Shown here: one piece after another, positions 12,332 through 23,876 of the stretch
How the letters are laid out: each line of letters opens with the position of its first letter
Position numbering within the stretch: position 1 is the stretch's first letter
From: Rhizodiscina lignyota
Lineage: Eukaryota
Length of the DNA stretch: 64,000 bases
Assembly (NCBI GenBank): GCA_010015805.1
Contig: ML978121.1
Coordinates: forward strand, 62,001 to 126,000
Direction of reading: 5' to 3'
Notes under the pieces: generated by a model
Databases searched by the model: none
Seen by the model: the letters and a program-made list of their open reading frames with translations, nothing else
Told to the model about the DNA's origin: nothing
Position numbers and translations under genes: made by a program

Positions 12332-12800
12332 ACTTCCTCTTAATAATGACCAAGTTTGACGAACTTTCCGACTCTGTGATGTTCGTTGCCGAACTCCCTG
12401 AGCCAGTCCAAACGATTCATCGAGCCATTCATAGGTAGTAGTAACAGGCGGTGTATATAAAGCAAGGACAATAAATCAAGGACATGATAAACACATACTA
12501 ATGGTATGCACCTACTAAGCACTCCTTAAAGAGAAATGATTGCAATGCTCTATTCCCCGGCACAATAGACTTTGGCAAGATAACCCAGACCTTCTGGCTA
12601 AGGAAAAAGTCGTTGGGCCTGTCAGTAGCACGTTGCAAAATACGTTAGCTCATGTTAGAAAGGAGGAGGAAAGGGTAGATAGATAAATTATGAATAAAGT
12701 GATTACATGCCGTGCAGCCCAGAATGTTTAAGGGCATCACAGATCTGTTACTGCCTCAAATTTCCATCGCCTTGAGCCGATAGTCCCTCTAAGAAGCCTA
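12332..12800 (-). pseudogene. Degenerate dispersed 18S rDNA fragment (3' part of SSU) with RIP-like transitions
   Basis: The plus strand matches the reverse complement of SSU: acttcctct..aatgaccaagtttgac, ggtagtagtaacaggcggtgtatataaag (canonical ggtagtagcgacgggcggtgtgtacaaag), tgcaatgctctat, taagggcatcacaga, cttgagccgatagtccctctaagaagcc. Confidence 0.9.
12633..12710 (-). other. Decayed spliceosomal-type intron (78 nt) inside the 18S relic
   Basis: Sense strand reads gggctgcacg|GCATGT...GCTAACgtattttgCAA|cgtgctac. Excision restores the gccgcacg-cgcgctac SSU motif. The ends are GC and CAA rather than GT and CAG. Confidence 0.7.
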
Positions 12801-13476
12801 CGACCTCCAAAATCAAGAAAGTGCTCTCAAGACGTCAGTCCATATTACGTCTGGAGCCGAGTGGCCAGGTGAGTTATACGGAGGAGGCTAACAATAGTCC
12901 GTCTACCTTCCCTTTTAGGACGAACTGGTTAGCAAAGTTCTAAGCTCCGGAGTCCGCTGTGGGCGCCACTTCCTTGCCTCCCGCCCCCGCCGGCCCTCAG
13001 CCTTAGCCTAGGTCTCTTTCCGCGATTCCGCTTCCACCACTTTCATCATCCTCATCGTATGTACCACGCTTTCCTTGAACTAGGCGCTAAGACGACGTTA
13101 TGTATACACATAATACTTCGTAAACCACCCCCCACGCTAGCAACATCTCTTGCATTCTCCACTTCGACCAATAAGACTGGCGATCCAGCCCAAAAAAAGC
13201 AATTGCTGTCCAGTTCAGTGTGGACTTGTGGCACTCTGACCCTAACTCAATGCAGCAACTCCAATGCTCTCTGCCCCATTCAGGTTTTGTAGAGTGACGG
13301 ACGTGCCTTGTTGCGAAGCCTGCCGTTTTTCCTGGTAATTACCTTCCGAAAGCACGAGCGATCTTCACGCACTTCTTGTACCACCGATGCGGAGACATAA
13401 TACATACAGGACATGTGCGCTATTCAATGGTAACGAGGGGCAGTAGACCGCTTCTAACGGTGGCCATACTTTTGTA

Positions 13477-13546
13477 ATTGGAAGGTAGGAAGTATGACAA
13501 CGATGTCCAGCATTGGAAGGTAGGAAGTATGACAACGATGTCCAGC
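13477..13546. repeat. Perfect 35-bp tandem duplication
   Basis: ATTGGAAGGTAGGAAGTATGACAACGATGTCCAGC occurs twice (13477-13511 and 13512-13546). Confidence 0.95.
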
Positions 13547-13892
13547 ACGGGAAGCTTACTACATACCGTAGGTAACTTGGGACATGTTTGCACCCGTTGC
13601 CAGACGGAAACCTCGGATGAAGACAGAGTTTCTGCATTTCCAATAGAGCAAGCATGACTCTCAAGCAGTGGCGTGGAACTTGTCGCTGTCATGGCATGCC
13701 GCATCCGGCTTCAAGTATAAGTAGATCTGCAACGACCTTTGAGGTTCATTTCGACAGACAACAGCAGCATCATCATTACCGGATAATCTTTCGATCCTTT
13801 CTTTCTCTTCCATTTAACAACGAGCCTATATTCAGAACACCATTCGTGCTCATCCATTGCTTGCATGGTCTCCACCTTCAACATCGCCCAAC

Positions 13893-14462
13893 ATGGTCAC
13901 TGTACGGGCTAGTCCTACCTCTCATTCAACTGCCTTTTGGTTGTCGCTATGGTGTCTTGTTAGATGTCTCTATATCCAATCTTGTCTAATATCATTTCCA
14001 TTTTGCTAAGAGACGCCTCAATTGTTTGCGTTGAATTGTCACAAGAGCCGCATCTGATTTCCTCGTTAGACAACCGCCGTCCTTCTCTTCGCCTTCTTGG
14101 CCTCCGCCATGGCTCTCCCGTCTGAGATCGTAGCCAGACAGTCCTGCGTTGAGTACTGCGGCAACACATGCTACTGGCAATCCGACATCGATGCCGCTCT
14201 CAACAAGGGCTATAGCCTGTACCAGGAAGGCGAGACCGAGGGCAGCAACGACTATCCGCATGCCGAGGAGAATTACGAGAACCTTCCATTTGCCGTTTCT
14301 GGCCCGTATCAAGAATTCCCAATCCTAAACAGCTTCAAGGTTTACACCGGAGGCGACCCAGGCGCTGATCGTGTCGTCTTCAACACGGATGGTGAATTTG
14401 CCGCTCTTGTCACGCACACTGGAGCTAGCGGAGACGACTTTGTCTCTTGCTCGCAGGCTTAA
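13893..14462 (+). CDS. Secreted guanyl-specific ribonuclease (RNase T1/F1 family); predicted intron 13902-14069
   Basis: Signal peptide MVT|TTAVLLFAFLASAMA. Catalytic motifs YPH, EFP, GADRV and VTHTGA, plus the T1-type Cys pattern. Confidence 0.92.
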
Positions 14463-14849
14463 GCGGTGAAGGTGGTTTTGTGTCTTTCTAAGTTATGACT
14501 GCATATGACTGGTAGCACGAAGGGCTGCTCACTGGCGGGCAAGAGCATGAGTATGGATATTTTTATGAAACTTTGGGAATTGGAAGAATATCGAGTACCA
14601 TCAACTACTGTCCTGCGGTGCACTGGAACATTTCTTTCTCACAGTCTTGCGATTCGAAAATGTAGAGTATTTGTCGACTCCTTCAAAGGTGTGGTTCAAA
14701 GCCTAGAAGAATCGACAAGTACTGTGTCTGCAGTAGCCATAACTTGAGCAAATACGAAACAACAAAATTCGATTTGTCCAGCATGATCGTCTTGCACGAC
14801 CATTGGGTCTATTGGGTATCTCATATACAAGTCTTCCCGGCTCCACCAA

Positions 14850-15839
14850 TTAATATATCAGCTCTTCCTGTTCTTTTTGCGACAGCCCCAGCAAGTACAG
14901 CACGTCTCTCAAGTTCTTCCTATTGAGCCTCGCAGGAGCAGCAAGCTGCACCTTTGGCTTGGCATTGAATGCCATTCCCAGTCCAGCGATGCTCATCATG
15001 GGAAGGTCGTTCGCGCCGTCCCCGACGACAAGCACTTGCTCAAGAATAATGCCTTCTTTCTCTGCAATCTCCAAGACGTGCTGCTTCTTCCTCTCCGCAT
15101 GCACAATCTCCCCTGTGAGCTCGCCGGTCAAGCTTTTCCCATCATCACTGACAACGAGATGATTCGCGAAAGCGTAGTCAAGCCCGAGGAGATCTGCTAG
15201 CCACGATGCCAACGGCGTGAATCCACCGCTAAGGACTGCAGTTTTAAATCCCAGTCTCTTTAGTGCCTTGACGAGATTCTGCGCCCCGGGAGTGAGGCTA
15301 ATGGCAGGCTTGATATCCTCCCATACTGAGCTCTTGACGCCCTTGAGCAGCCCACATCGTTCACGTAGGGATGCTTCAAAGTCCAGCTCGCCATTCATGG
15401 CGCGCTCGGTGATGGCTGAGACCTTTGCAGAGAGGCCAAGAGTGCGCGCGACCTCGTCGATTACTTCTTGCTGGATGAGCGTGGAGTCCATGTCGAAGAT
15501 TGCAAGACGTTTGTACCGACGGTAGACGCTTTCAATTTGGAAGACGACTTCAACACCATGCTTTTGCTCGGCTTCTATGAGCCTGCTGTCGTGGCGCATG
15601 TTGAGGATGAGCTGCTCCAACTCGATGTCAGGGGATAAGAGCTCGATGGAAATTTCCACAACGTCATCCGCGAGACATTCGTCATTCTTTATTTTGAGGC
15701 GGTCACCAGAGGTCTTCACTATGGCGCTGGAGATTGCATCGGCGCTTTCTTTGGAAATTGCCTCATGCTTGACGTTGAATATCGTGGCAATAAGCGAAGG
15801 ATTGGGCGCCGGCCTTTCCTCTCCAGAAACAGCCTGCAT
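14850..15839 (-). CDS. SER2: Phosphoserine phosphatase (SerB-type HAD)
   Basis: FDMDSTLIQQEVID, AMNGELDF, LSGGF and VGDGANDL motifs. First ATG at 15839. Confidence 0.93.
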   Translation of the reverse strand: MQAVSGEERPAPNPSLIATIFNVKHEAISKESADAISSAIVKTSGDRLKIKNDECLADDVVEISIELLSPDIELEQLILNMRHDSRLIEAEQKHGVEVVFQIESVYRRYKRLAIFDMDSTLIQQEVIDEVARTLGLSAKVSAITERAMNGELDFEASLRERCGLLKGVKSSVWEDIKPAISLTPGAQNLVKALKRLGFKTAVLSGGFTPLASWLADLLGLDYAFANHLVVSDDGKSLTGELTGEIVHAERKKQHVLEIAEKEGIILEQVLVVGDGANDLPMMSIAGLGMAFNAKPKVQLAAPARLNRKNLRDVLYLLGLSQKEQEELIY

Positions 15840-16465
15840 CTTCAATTGCACAAGCTGAGCAAAGCTAGCCAATGTTCATGGCCAAACTAACCAAAGATTG
15901 AGGTGAGCTGGAATTGGCCGTGAAAGAAGACTCAAGTCAGAACGAAGGTCAGGGGTACATTTTATTTTTATACAGTCGGTAAGGCCCTTTAGTGTTACAG
16001 CTAAAAAGGGACTAGTTCATTCCTAGAGTGGAGTATCACGGAAGAACTCTTATAATGATTTAAGAATATGAAACGCGGCAAGAATAGAATTCGTAGCCAT
16101 ATGACCTTAGAGCATCATAGTTCTACGCCTAACAGGGTGAGCAATGGCATGAATGAGTTGCTCTTTTCCATCCAGTCGTCGCATTACTCTACTCTGCTGG
16201 AAAGGATTAGTGTCAGCCGACACGTGCCGACGGCAGCCCGGAGATGATCTCTCGGCGGCCCGAATTTCAACTCACGAGCGCACGAAAGGGGTTCAACTAT
16301 TCCATCGTCTCGCAGGGCCCGTCGATGCCCATCCTTTTCCAACGGTTCCTCCTATTCTTAGTTTCGTGTCACGAAGCTACCAGTTGGAGCTGAAAGATAA
16401 CACTTCTAAAGCCAAATCTGTCGTACGTGATACACCGACCTCATGATCCTCTTCCCAGCAACACA

Positions 16466-18187
16466 ATGAGGAGTTCCAACGGTTGCTGGACTTGCCGACT
16501 ACGGCGCAAGAAATGCGACGAAAGTGCTCCTATATGCGATGTCTGCGCTGCACTCCATATCACATGCCACTACGACCTGGATAACAAACCGGAGTGGATG
16601 GATGGTGGCGTGAAACAGGAGGAGATGGCTGACCAGCTCAAACGCGAGGTCAAAGAAAAGGCTCATCGCCGCAGCGAGAAGTTTTCGGTGCCACTCCAGG
16701 AACCATCTAGGGATCTGGCCAGTCCGATATCTGATCTCCTGCGAGCAACAAACGTTCAGAGTAGTCCGATGTCGCTTGATGCATCCGCTCTCTGGCTCCA
16801 GAATGGGCCTGACATACATAGTAGCCAGGACGCGGGGAAAGCCTTTGGTCAGTCTGATGCTGTTCTCTTCGTGTTTTACTTTGATACATTGTTTCCATTC
16901 TTGTACCCATTTTATCGGCCCTCCCTGCTCCAAGGCGGCAGAGCTTGGATCTTAGAGATGATGAACAGGCCGGTAGTGCGACAGGCTGCCCTATGCCAGA
17001 GCGCCTATTTCTTTTCACTCGCGCTGGGCACGGCCGATATAGTCTGGGACAAGGTACTCACGCAGACTCGTGATGCTTTTGAGGTACTAAAACAGGCATT
17101 GCAAGTTCTAGATGGCTTGCGAATTGAGGAACATCTATACTGTGCTGTACGGATCATGGCAAGCGTCATGCAGCTACAACGTTTCGAGATCGCTGTTTTG
17201 AGCTTTGACAATTGGCAAGCACACCTCAATGGCGCTCTGGCTCTGTTCAGACAGCTGCTCGACAGTTCCGGTGCCGTCGAACCAGCGTGTCCACGTTCAC
17301 GTTTCAACGCTGTCATCAGCCGCCTAGGCCCATCATCATGGATCTTCCCTACCGAACCTGTCCAGATTCCAAGCGCCGAACAGGCTGCCTTTCGCTTCTC
17401 ATCTACTCTTGTGATATTCGATGATATCATTGCCAGCACGGCCCTTCAGGAGAAACCAAAACTTTACGAGTACCACTGTAGCCTTCTTAGTGACAGCGAC
17501 GGTAGTGGTAGTGGATGGACTGAACCTCCCATCAATGTTGAGGCTGTCATCGGTATAAAAAATTGGGTCTTGCTACAAATCGGCGAAATTGCGACGCTTG
17601 ATGCATGGAAACGGCATCGTCGGGCAGCTGGTAATCTCGATGTTATGGAGCTGGCCCGCCGCGCTATGATTATCAAAGACTCTTTGGTAACGAATCTTAT
17701 GCAACTCGAAACTGAAATCGATCCAGCGATTGCTCCGAAAGATTCTGCCAACCTGCTGGATATTTTCGCACAGTGCAACTGCCAGCCATCAAAAACATCC
17801 ACTATCCAGCGCTCTTTGGTCACACATATTTGGGCCCATGCAGCACTCATTTACCTATTCGTCGTTGTGTCCGGGTGGCAGCCTACCAGCGTCGATGTGC
17901 GTTATCATGTCGACCGAATCGTCGAGCTATTAAAACAATTGTCACAGCCAGCGTTACTGCGCACAATGGTGTGGCCGTTCTGCGTTGCAGGCTGCGTTGC
18001 GGAACCTATGCAGGAGGCGCAATTGCGCGGAATGACAGAGGCCTTGCAACCGAGCGCCTTCGGCACCGTCCACAAGGCGTTTAAGATCATGGAAAATGTA
18101 TGGCACAATAGGAATGTAGGAGATATTGCGACCCGCGACCTCGCAACGTGCTTTAGGAGTCAAGGGGATCTGGTATTGCTCGTTTAG
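16466..18187 (+). CDS. Zn(II)2Cys6 transcription factor with a fungal-specific C-terminal domain
   Basis: GCWTCRLRRKKCDESAPICDVCAALHITC zinc cluster and C-terminal WPFCVAGC motif. Confidence 0.92.
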   Translation: MRSSNGCWTCRLRRKKCDESAPICDVCAALHITCHYDLDNKPEWMDGGVKQEEMADQLKREVKEKAHRRSEKFSVPLQEPSRDLASPISDLLRATNVQSSPMSLDASALWLQNGPDIHSSQDAGKAFGQSDAVLFVFYFDTLFPFLYPFYRPSLLQGGRAWILEMMNRPVVRQAALCQSAYFFSLALGTADIVWDKVLTQTRDAFEVLKQALQVLDGLRIEEHLYCAVRIMASVMQLQRFEIAVLSFDNWQAHLNGALALFRQLLDSSGAVEPACPRSRFNAVISRLGPSSWIFPTEPVQIPSAEQAAFRFSSTLVIFDDIIASTALQEKPKLYEYHCSLLSDSDGSGSGWTEPPINVEAVIGIKNWVLLQIGEIATLDAWKRHRRAAGNLDVMELARRAMIIKDSLVTNLMQLETEIDPAIAPKDSANLLDIFAQCNCQPSKTSTIQRSLVTHIWAHAALIYLFVVVSGWQPTSVDVRYHVDRIVELLKQLSQPALLRTMVWPFCVAGCVAEPMQEAQLRGMTEALQPSAFGTVHKAFKIMENVWHNRNVGDIATRDLATCFRSQGDLVLLV

Positions 18188-18295
18188 AGCAGCAGCTGTG
18201 CAACAATTCTATTGCTTTTATGGTACTTGATTAAATCTCTGCTTATGACAGTCATTTCATATCTAACTTTGGTAGATCCTTCCTCTTTCAACTTG

Positions 18296-19048
18296 CTACT
18301 CAAATTTGAGATAGCCCTTATCTTTCACAAAAGTCGCATGCCACGGCACATTCTCATGGTTCGCCAACTGGGCATAGAACTCGGCATGTGCAGCGCCATC
18401 AAGTGCCATCCCCTTGAATTTGCCGTCTCCGTGACGTTCATCAGCATAAAAGAATCTGTCGAGCCGGGCAAGTCAGCACACTCTGCGCGGAGCTTTTCCT
18501 TGATATACTCACCGATATCCCCGGGCCGAGTATATTGTATCGGCAAGACCAATCCAAAATGCCGAAGCCGACTTACCCATGCCTAGACTCAACATCACTG
18601 GCATGGGCACGATGGAGGTGTTCATAATGTTGCCGGTATATATGAACGTCTTCTTGGCCTCCTTGGGCAGCGTCTCCCACCCAATGAGAGCCTGCTGTGC
18701 TGCGACGTAAGGACTAATAGTGTTGACGTTCAGATCCAATTCGACACTCTCGGCTGAAATAGAAAACATAGAGTCCTTTACAGGAGGGTTCGTGAGCGCT
18801 GCTGCATTGTAGACGATGACACTTGGAGCGGTGTGGAACTCGGTCTTGACTGCAGTGAATATTTCTGGAATGGAATGGGGTTTTGTCAAGTCTGCCTTGA
18901 GTAAAAGGATCCCCTCGGCGCTCTTGGTGTCACTCCCACTTCTGGACACAATAGCAACCTTGTAGCCGTCGCTGGCGAATTTGTTGGCGACGGATGCACC
19001 AATCCTGGGTCCAGCCCCGAGAATAAGCACAACAGGATCGGCAGCCAT
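18296..19048 (-). CDS. Short-chain dehydrogenase/reductase; intron 18456-18512
   Basis: ILGAGPRIG Rossmann motif, IVYNAA and FIYTGN. The splice joins GYR|FFYADER...WHATFVKDKGY. Confidence 0.88.
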
Positions 19049-19418
19049 TTGCGTTTAAGTCGATGGTAAATGTTTCCGCAAGTGTCTTGGATTACAAAGG
19101 GAGTCAGAAGCGGAACAGAAGAATTGAGCTACTTTGAAGTCGAGATGTTCTTCGTCTTTTATTTATACCACGCAGAGTAGACCTTCCGTTCATGCGCAAC
19201 ACAGTAGTCCGAGGGCTACAACAACTGGCTTACATTCTTTCCAAGCTACGCATTAGAAGGTTAGACAGGAATTACGGAATCGATCCACATGCGGTGTCTA
19301 ACTGCCTGAGACTGACTTAATTGTTGTCTATTGCCTGGTACTCCGTCTCTACCTGGGTGGGACTAAGGAGACCCACAAGCCGCGCGAGATGACCCACCGA
19401 AATGGAAAGCCCCTGCAA

Positions 19419-19596
19419 TCCCGCGCGCGACGTACTCTAGAGGATTTGTCTCGCGCGTCAAGTCAACCTACTTGGCCGGATGTCTTCCTATCCATATTCC
19501 GAGGGCGCTGCCATTAGCTGCCATTAGCACTAATCACAGGTCAATATGATAAGCTGCTAAACTGGTTCATAACGCTGGATTTCGTCGCGCGCGGGA
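19419..19596. repeat. 14-bp perfect inverted repeat pair bounding 178 bp in a divergent intergenic region
   Basis: TCCCGCGCGCGACG (19419-19432) and CGTCGCGCGCGGGA (19583-19596), with an internal GCTGCCATTA duplicated in tandem. Confidence 0.7.
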
Positions 19597-20042
19597 ATGG
19601 GCCCCTAGTGTAAGACTTCACAAGTTACGAGGCCATAGCTCCACAGCCTTTCCAATGTCGGACAAGCAATTCGCATCGAGTTCTATCTCGATAACTTTCT
19701 GAGATCTTATCCACTGTGCACTTGACAATGGATTTGTCAGCTCGCTGTCTGAGCGGCCGCATTCAACGATAATGCCGCATCCCAGAGTCACAGATTCGTT
19801 CGTTCCGTTTCCTCCAAATTGCCAAAGCTTAGACAAATGCGTTATGTCCTCAGTGTTGTCATTCATCCGCTCAGTTATTCAGTCAAGGTACTTCACTATT
19901 CTCCTTATAAGCGTGTCCATCCCGCTCGTCTATCGTTTGACCCGGTCGGACACGAGCAGCATCTAGCAAGCTTTCCCCACACGATCAGGCCTGAAGCTAT
20001 AGTTAGTCTAACTCTTCACATTTGAATAGTTCTGCACGGAGC

Positions 20043-21016
20043 ATGGCGACGAATTCGGTTCCAAATGACACCTTTCCCGTACGGGCACCCGTTTACTTCC
20101 TCAGCATCGGCGGACCCAGCTTCATGGAGGACACAGATCACCCAGCCTATGCAAGATTGGCTGAAGTAGGGCGCGAAATCACGACAAAAGTGAAACCCAA
20201 GGCGTTAGTCGTCTTTTCCGCTCACTGGCAAGGCGACCCGAACAGAATCAAGATCAATGTCGCGGAGCAGACAGATCTGATTTACGATTTCTACGGCTTT
20301 CCACCGCATTACTACGAGTATGACTATCCGAATAGAGGAAGTAGCGATGTTGCCGAAAAGGTCATCGAGAAGCTAGCCGTTGCCGGCATTGAGGTTGAGC
20401 GAGTCAAACGAGGCCTTGACCATGGCATCTGGGCGGGTTTCATGGTTGGTAAGTAATGATCATTCGAACCTTTCTCGGCCGCTTGTTGCTAATGTATGGC
20501 CTGGACAGCTTTCGATCCAAAGAAGAACCCATTGAATGTACCAATCGTGCAAGTTTCGCTGTACGATAATGAGGATCCGGATCAACATTACCGCCTTGGG
20601 CAGGCGCTGGAAAGTCTGCGGGATGAAAATATTCTAGTTATCGGCGCAGGGATGGCTGTTCACAACCTGCGTGATTTCCGAAGGACATTAGGAACCGGCG
20701 AGACCATGCCGTAAGAGATCCTGATGGCAATGTCATGTCGATTGTGTCCCTGCTAATGCTCTTCAGTTATGCTTTCAGCTTTGATGAGGCATTGAAAGAC
20801 GCTGCCACCACGAAGCCAGAAGAACGTGGAGCAAAGATGTCAGCTTTGATGGAGCGGAGCGACGCCAGAAAGGCACATCCAAGCTTGGAGCATATTCTTC
20901 CGATTCATGTTAGTGCGGGCGCCGCAGGCTCGGATCCTGGTGTACAACTGTGGACATTCCCTGAAGGAAGTTTAAGTTGGGCGCAGTATCGGTTTGGTAA
21001 GGTTGCAGAGGCGTAG
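20043..21016 (+). CDS. LigB-family (DODA-type) extradiol ring-cleavage dioxygenase; introns 20449-20508 and 20711-20766
   Basis: FSAHW, LIYDFYGFP, RGLDHG, IVQVSL, AVHNLRD and AHPSLEHILP motifs. Confidence 0.9.
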
Positions 21017-21985
21017 TATGGCAATCGAGCAATTTACATTATTGAAAGGGATACCACTCTTTTCTCCGTGCCATCTGGAGGACAATATGAACGAGTCAGT
21101 TTCTAGCAAGAGAACGAGACTTGTGACTCAAGCATGTTGAAGACATGGCAAATAGGGCTTTAAGCTTTCAACAATTCTTCAACGAGGCGCAAGAGAAAGA
21201 AAGAGTCAGCTGGGGGACATCGGTAGCAGACATTTCCAGGAACGGCGGAGCAGGAACGTTGACTTTCGATAAGAAAGCCCACTCTGAGAGGCATTACCAG
21301 GGAGCATTCCGTAAATGAACAGACCAATACTGAGGTCGAAGAAAAAATCAAGCTGCTATTTCGATATGTCGTCTTGTCAGCATGCATACACTGTTGAATG
21401 AACATGCTCCCCTGTCTGCTCCAGCCATTCATCTACTATCCCGACCTTCCAATAATCTCGACCCGAACCCACTGGGCGGCGCAGTTTCGGAAGCCCGCGC
21501 TGTGCGATAAGGGGCCACGTTCGGCCATCTCGCCAAGCGAGGCCGGGATGCGGGAGGGAGGCCGGTTTGCAACGTTGAGTCTATTCGCTGGCTGAAAACG
21601 CGGTTCCATTGTTGCGAGAACACATGGGCTGTTGAATTTGTTATCTCTTTTTAAGGTTCCAGATTAGGTTCGGCAGTTGCGAGAGACCATCCCCCGGATT
21701 CCCATGCAGAAGGAACGCAGACGGCATGTGGGGAAACGCGGGGAAGGAACACTGCACGGCCCGCATGTGAGATCCCCCTTTAACCTACCTACCCGGATTT
21801 ATGCCCCCGTCCCATATCTGTATCCCTCATGCATTCGCTTCCACGCTTCCAGGGAATGAGATTCTGGAACTGCCGAATCGATCCCAGTTCATTAATAAAA
21901 GGCCCACGTCGCGCTGTCCAGAAATGCCTCCGACCGACGTCCTTTCGACTTTCTATCGTCGCAACATCCACCAGGGACCGGCAGG

Positions 21986-23876
21986 ATGACGGACACGCGT
22001 ACCTCCCAGCTTGATGCTGAGATCCAGCAGAAAGCTAGCCAGCGCGAACATGTCGAGTTCCTTGGTTATGACGACCCTCACAGAGCCGCGCTCGAGGATA
22101 ACCCAGAGAAAGCTGAGAAGCTGACGTTGACTGTCGCCCTCTCCGCTCTTTTCCTGGGAACCTCCTTCACAGGACCGATCATCTTCGGATTCATTCTTGT
22201 TACTCCGATTCTCGTCCAGCTCTCACAGAAGATTGGGGGCGCGACCATTGATTTTTGGATTCCTTCTGGCTGGGGCGCCGCTGCCGCTGTTGGCTTTTCG
22301 ATTGCTGGAAGACTTTCGGACATCTTCGGGCGTCGCTATGTTATCCTCGTTGGCCAGTTCCTCACTGTCGTTGGAGGTATCATTGCTTGTACCGCCAACT
22401 CAATGAACCAGCTCATTGCTGGTGAGGTTGTGCTTGGTGGTGCCATTGGGACCGTCTCTGTTGCATATGCTGGTGAGTCTGAATGCCGGCTCACGCTGTC
22501 ATTACTGATCAGCAACAGGTATATCCGAAATCCTCCCCAACAAATACCGCGGTATAGGCCTGGCATGGACTGAATTGAATCTTGCCACCTGGGCTATTCC
22601 TGGCACTCTTCTCGCCAACGCCATAATCTCTGAAGCAACCTGGCGGATCTTGTTTTACATCGCGATTGGTTACGGGGCATTCTCATTGATTGGAACTTTC
22701 TTCGTCTACTTCCCACCGAGCCATCCTCGCCCCGATGGGAAGACCAGATGGCAGGAATTCAAAGAATTGGACTTTCTTGGTGCCTTTCTGTATGTTTCTG
22801 GTCTTGCCGTCTTCCTTTTCGGTCTCAACGCCGGTGGCAACACTTATCCGTGGGTCTCTGCTGCAACTTTAGCCCCATTGACCTTGGGTGGAATTGTGTT
22901 CCTCGCCTCTTTTGTTTACGACTTCATGGTTCCCAAGGACCCTCTGTTCCCATGGTATCTGTTCAGGAACTTTCGCGAATTCTCTGCCCTGCCTGTGCTC
23001 GTATTCGTTGCCGGTATGGTTTTCTTCGCCGCCTCTGCATTGAATGCTCAGACAATTCTGTACCTTCACACGAGCGACCCGATCAAGATTGGAATATATT
23101 CAATTCCATCTGGGTATGTTTCTCCCATCACTATGTTTTTCCAGTGCAAAGCCTAACACTTATAAAGCGCCGGTCAGCTCGTCGGTGGGGTTATTATCCC
23201 AGCGCTGGTGCACTACATTAAGCATGTCCACTACCAGCTTACTTTTGCTGTCTTCATGCAAACTTTATTCTTCGGCCTTGCAGCACTCATCACTCCAACC
23301 AACCTCAACTGGCTTATGGCAGTTCAATTCCTTGCCATGTTGCCCTTCGGCTGGATTACTCTGAACTGCTACACGACAGCTTCTCTCAATGTGCCTCAAC
23401 GAGACCTGGGCGTTGCCATTGGTTTGATAGGAACATTTCGAAGTCTCGGCGGTTCTATAGGATCGGTCATCTTTTCGTCTATCTTCGACCAGACGGCTGC
23501 TAAGCAAGTTGCAAACCGGATTAGCGATACTGCTATCGCAGCTGGAGTGTCTTCGAAAACTATTCCAGGTCTCGTCGCGTCAGCCAAACTGGCACTCCTC
23601 GGAATTCCCGGCCAGGCTGCCCAATTTCCTGATGTGCCTGCTTCTGTATTCAATTCCTGCGTCACCGCCGCTCGCTATGGCTATGCCTATGCATTCCGAA
23701 TCACCTGGCTTGCGTCAATCGCATTTGGCGTTATCGCCTTAGTATGCGCAGCATGTGTGCGCGATCCATCAAAATACTTCACGAATCATGTTGAGATTCA
23801 TCTTAACAAGAAAATTGGTGGTACTTATCAAGCGAATACTAAGGAGGCCGAGGACTTGGATTCTGTGCACGCATAG
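21986..23876 (+). CDS. MFS transporter, fungal trichothecene-efflux (TRI12)-like; introns 22473-22518 and 23114-23167
   Basis: GRLSDIFGRR, GISEILPNKYRG, multiple transmembrane segments and RSLGGSIG. Confidence 0.88.

Noticed and set aside
12462..12510. Apparent second intron (GTATGT on minus) in the 18S relic
   Set aside because: It aligns to transition-mutated rRNA (cagcatgcg to tagtatgtg) plus a ~14-nt duplication, and has no branch point or acceptor.
13477..13546. CRISPR-like 35-bp repeat
   Set aside because: Two adjacent copies with no spacer, in a eukaryotic context with no cas genes.
15930..15960. gaacgaaggtcagggg resembling 18S gaacgaaagttagggg
   Set aside because: Only 16 nt with two mismatches and no flanking similarity.
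19618..19960. 82-aa minus-strand ORF, possible gene relic
   Set aside because: Upstream frame broken by stops and no recognisable family motif.
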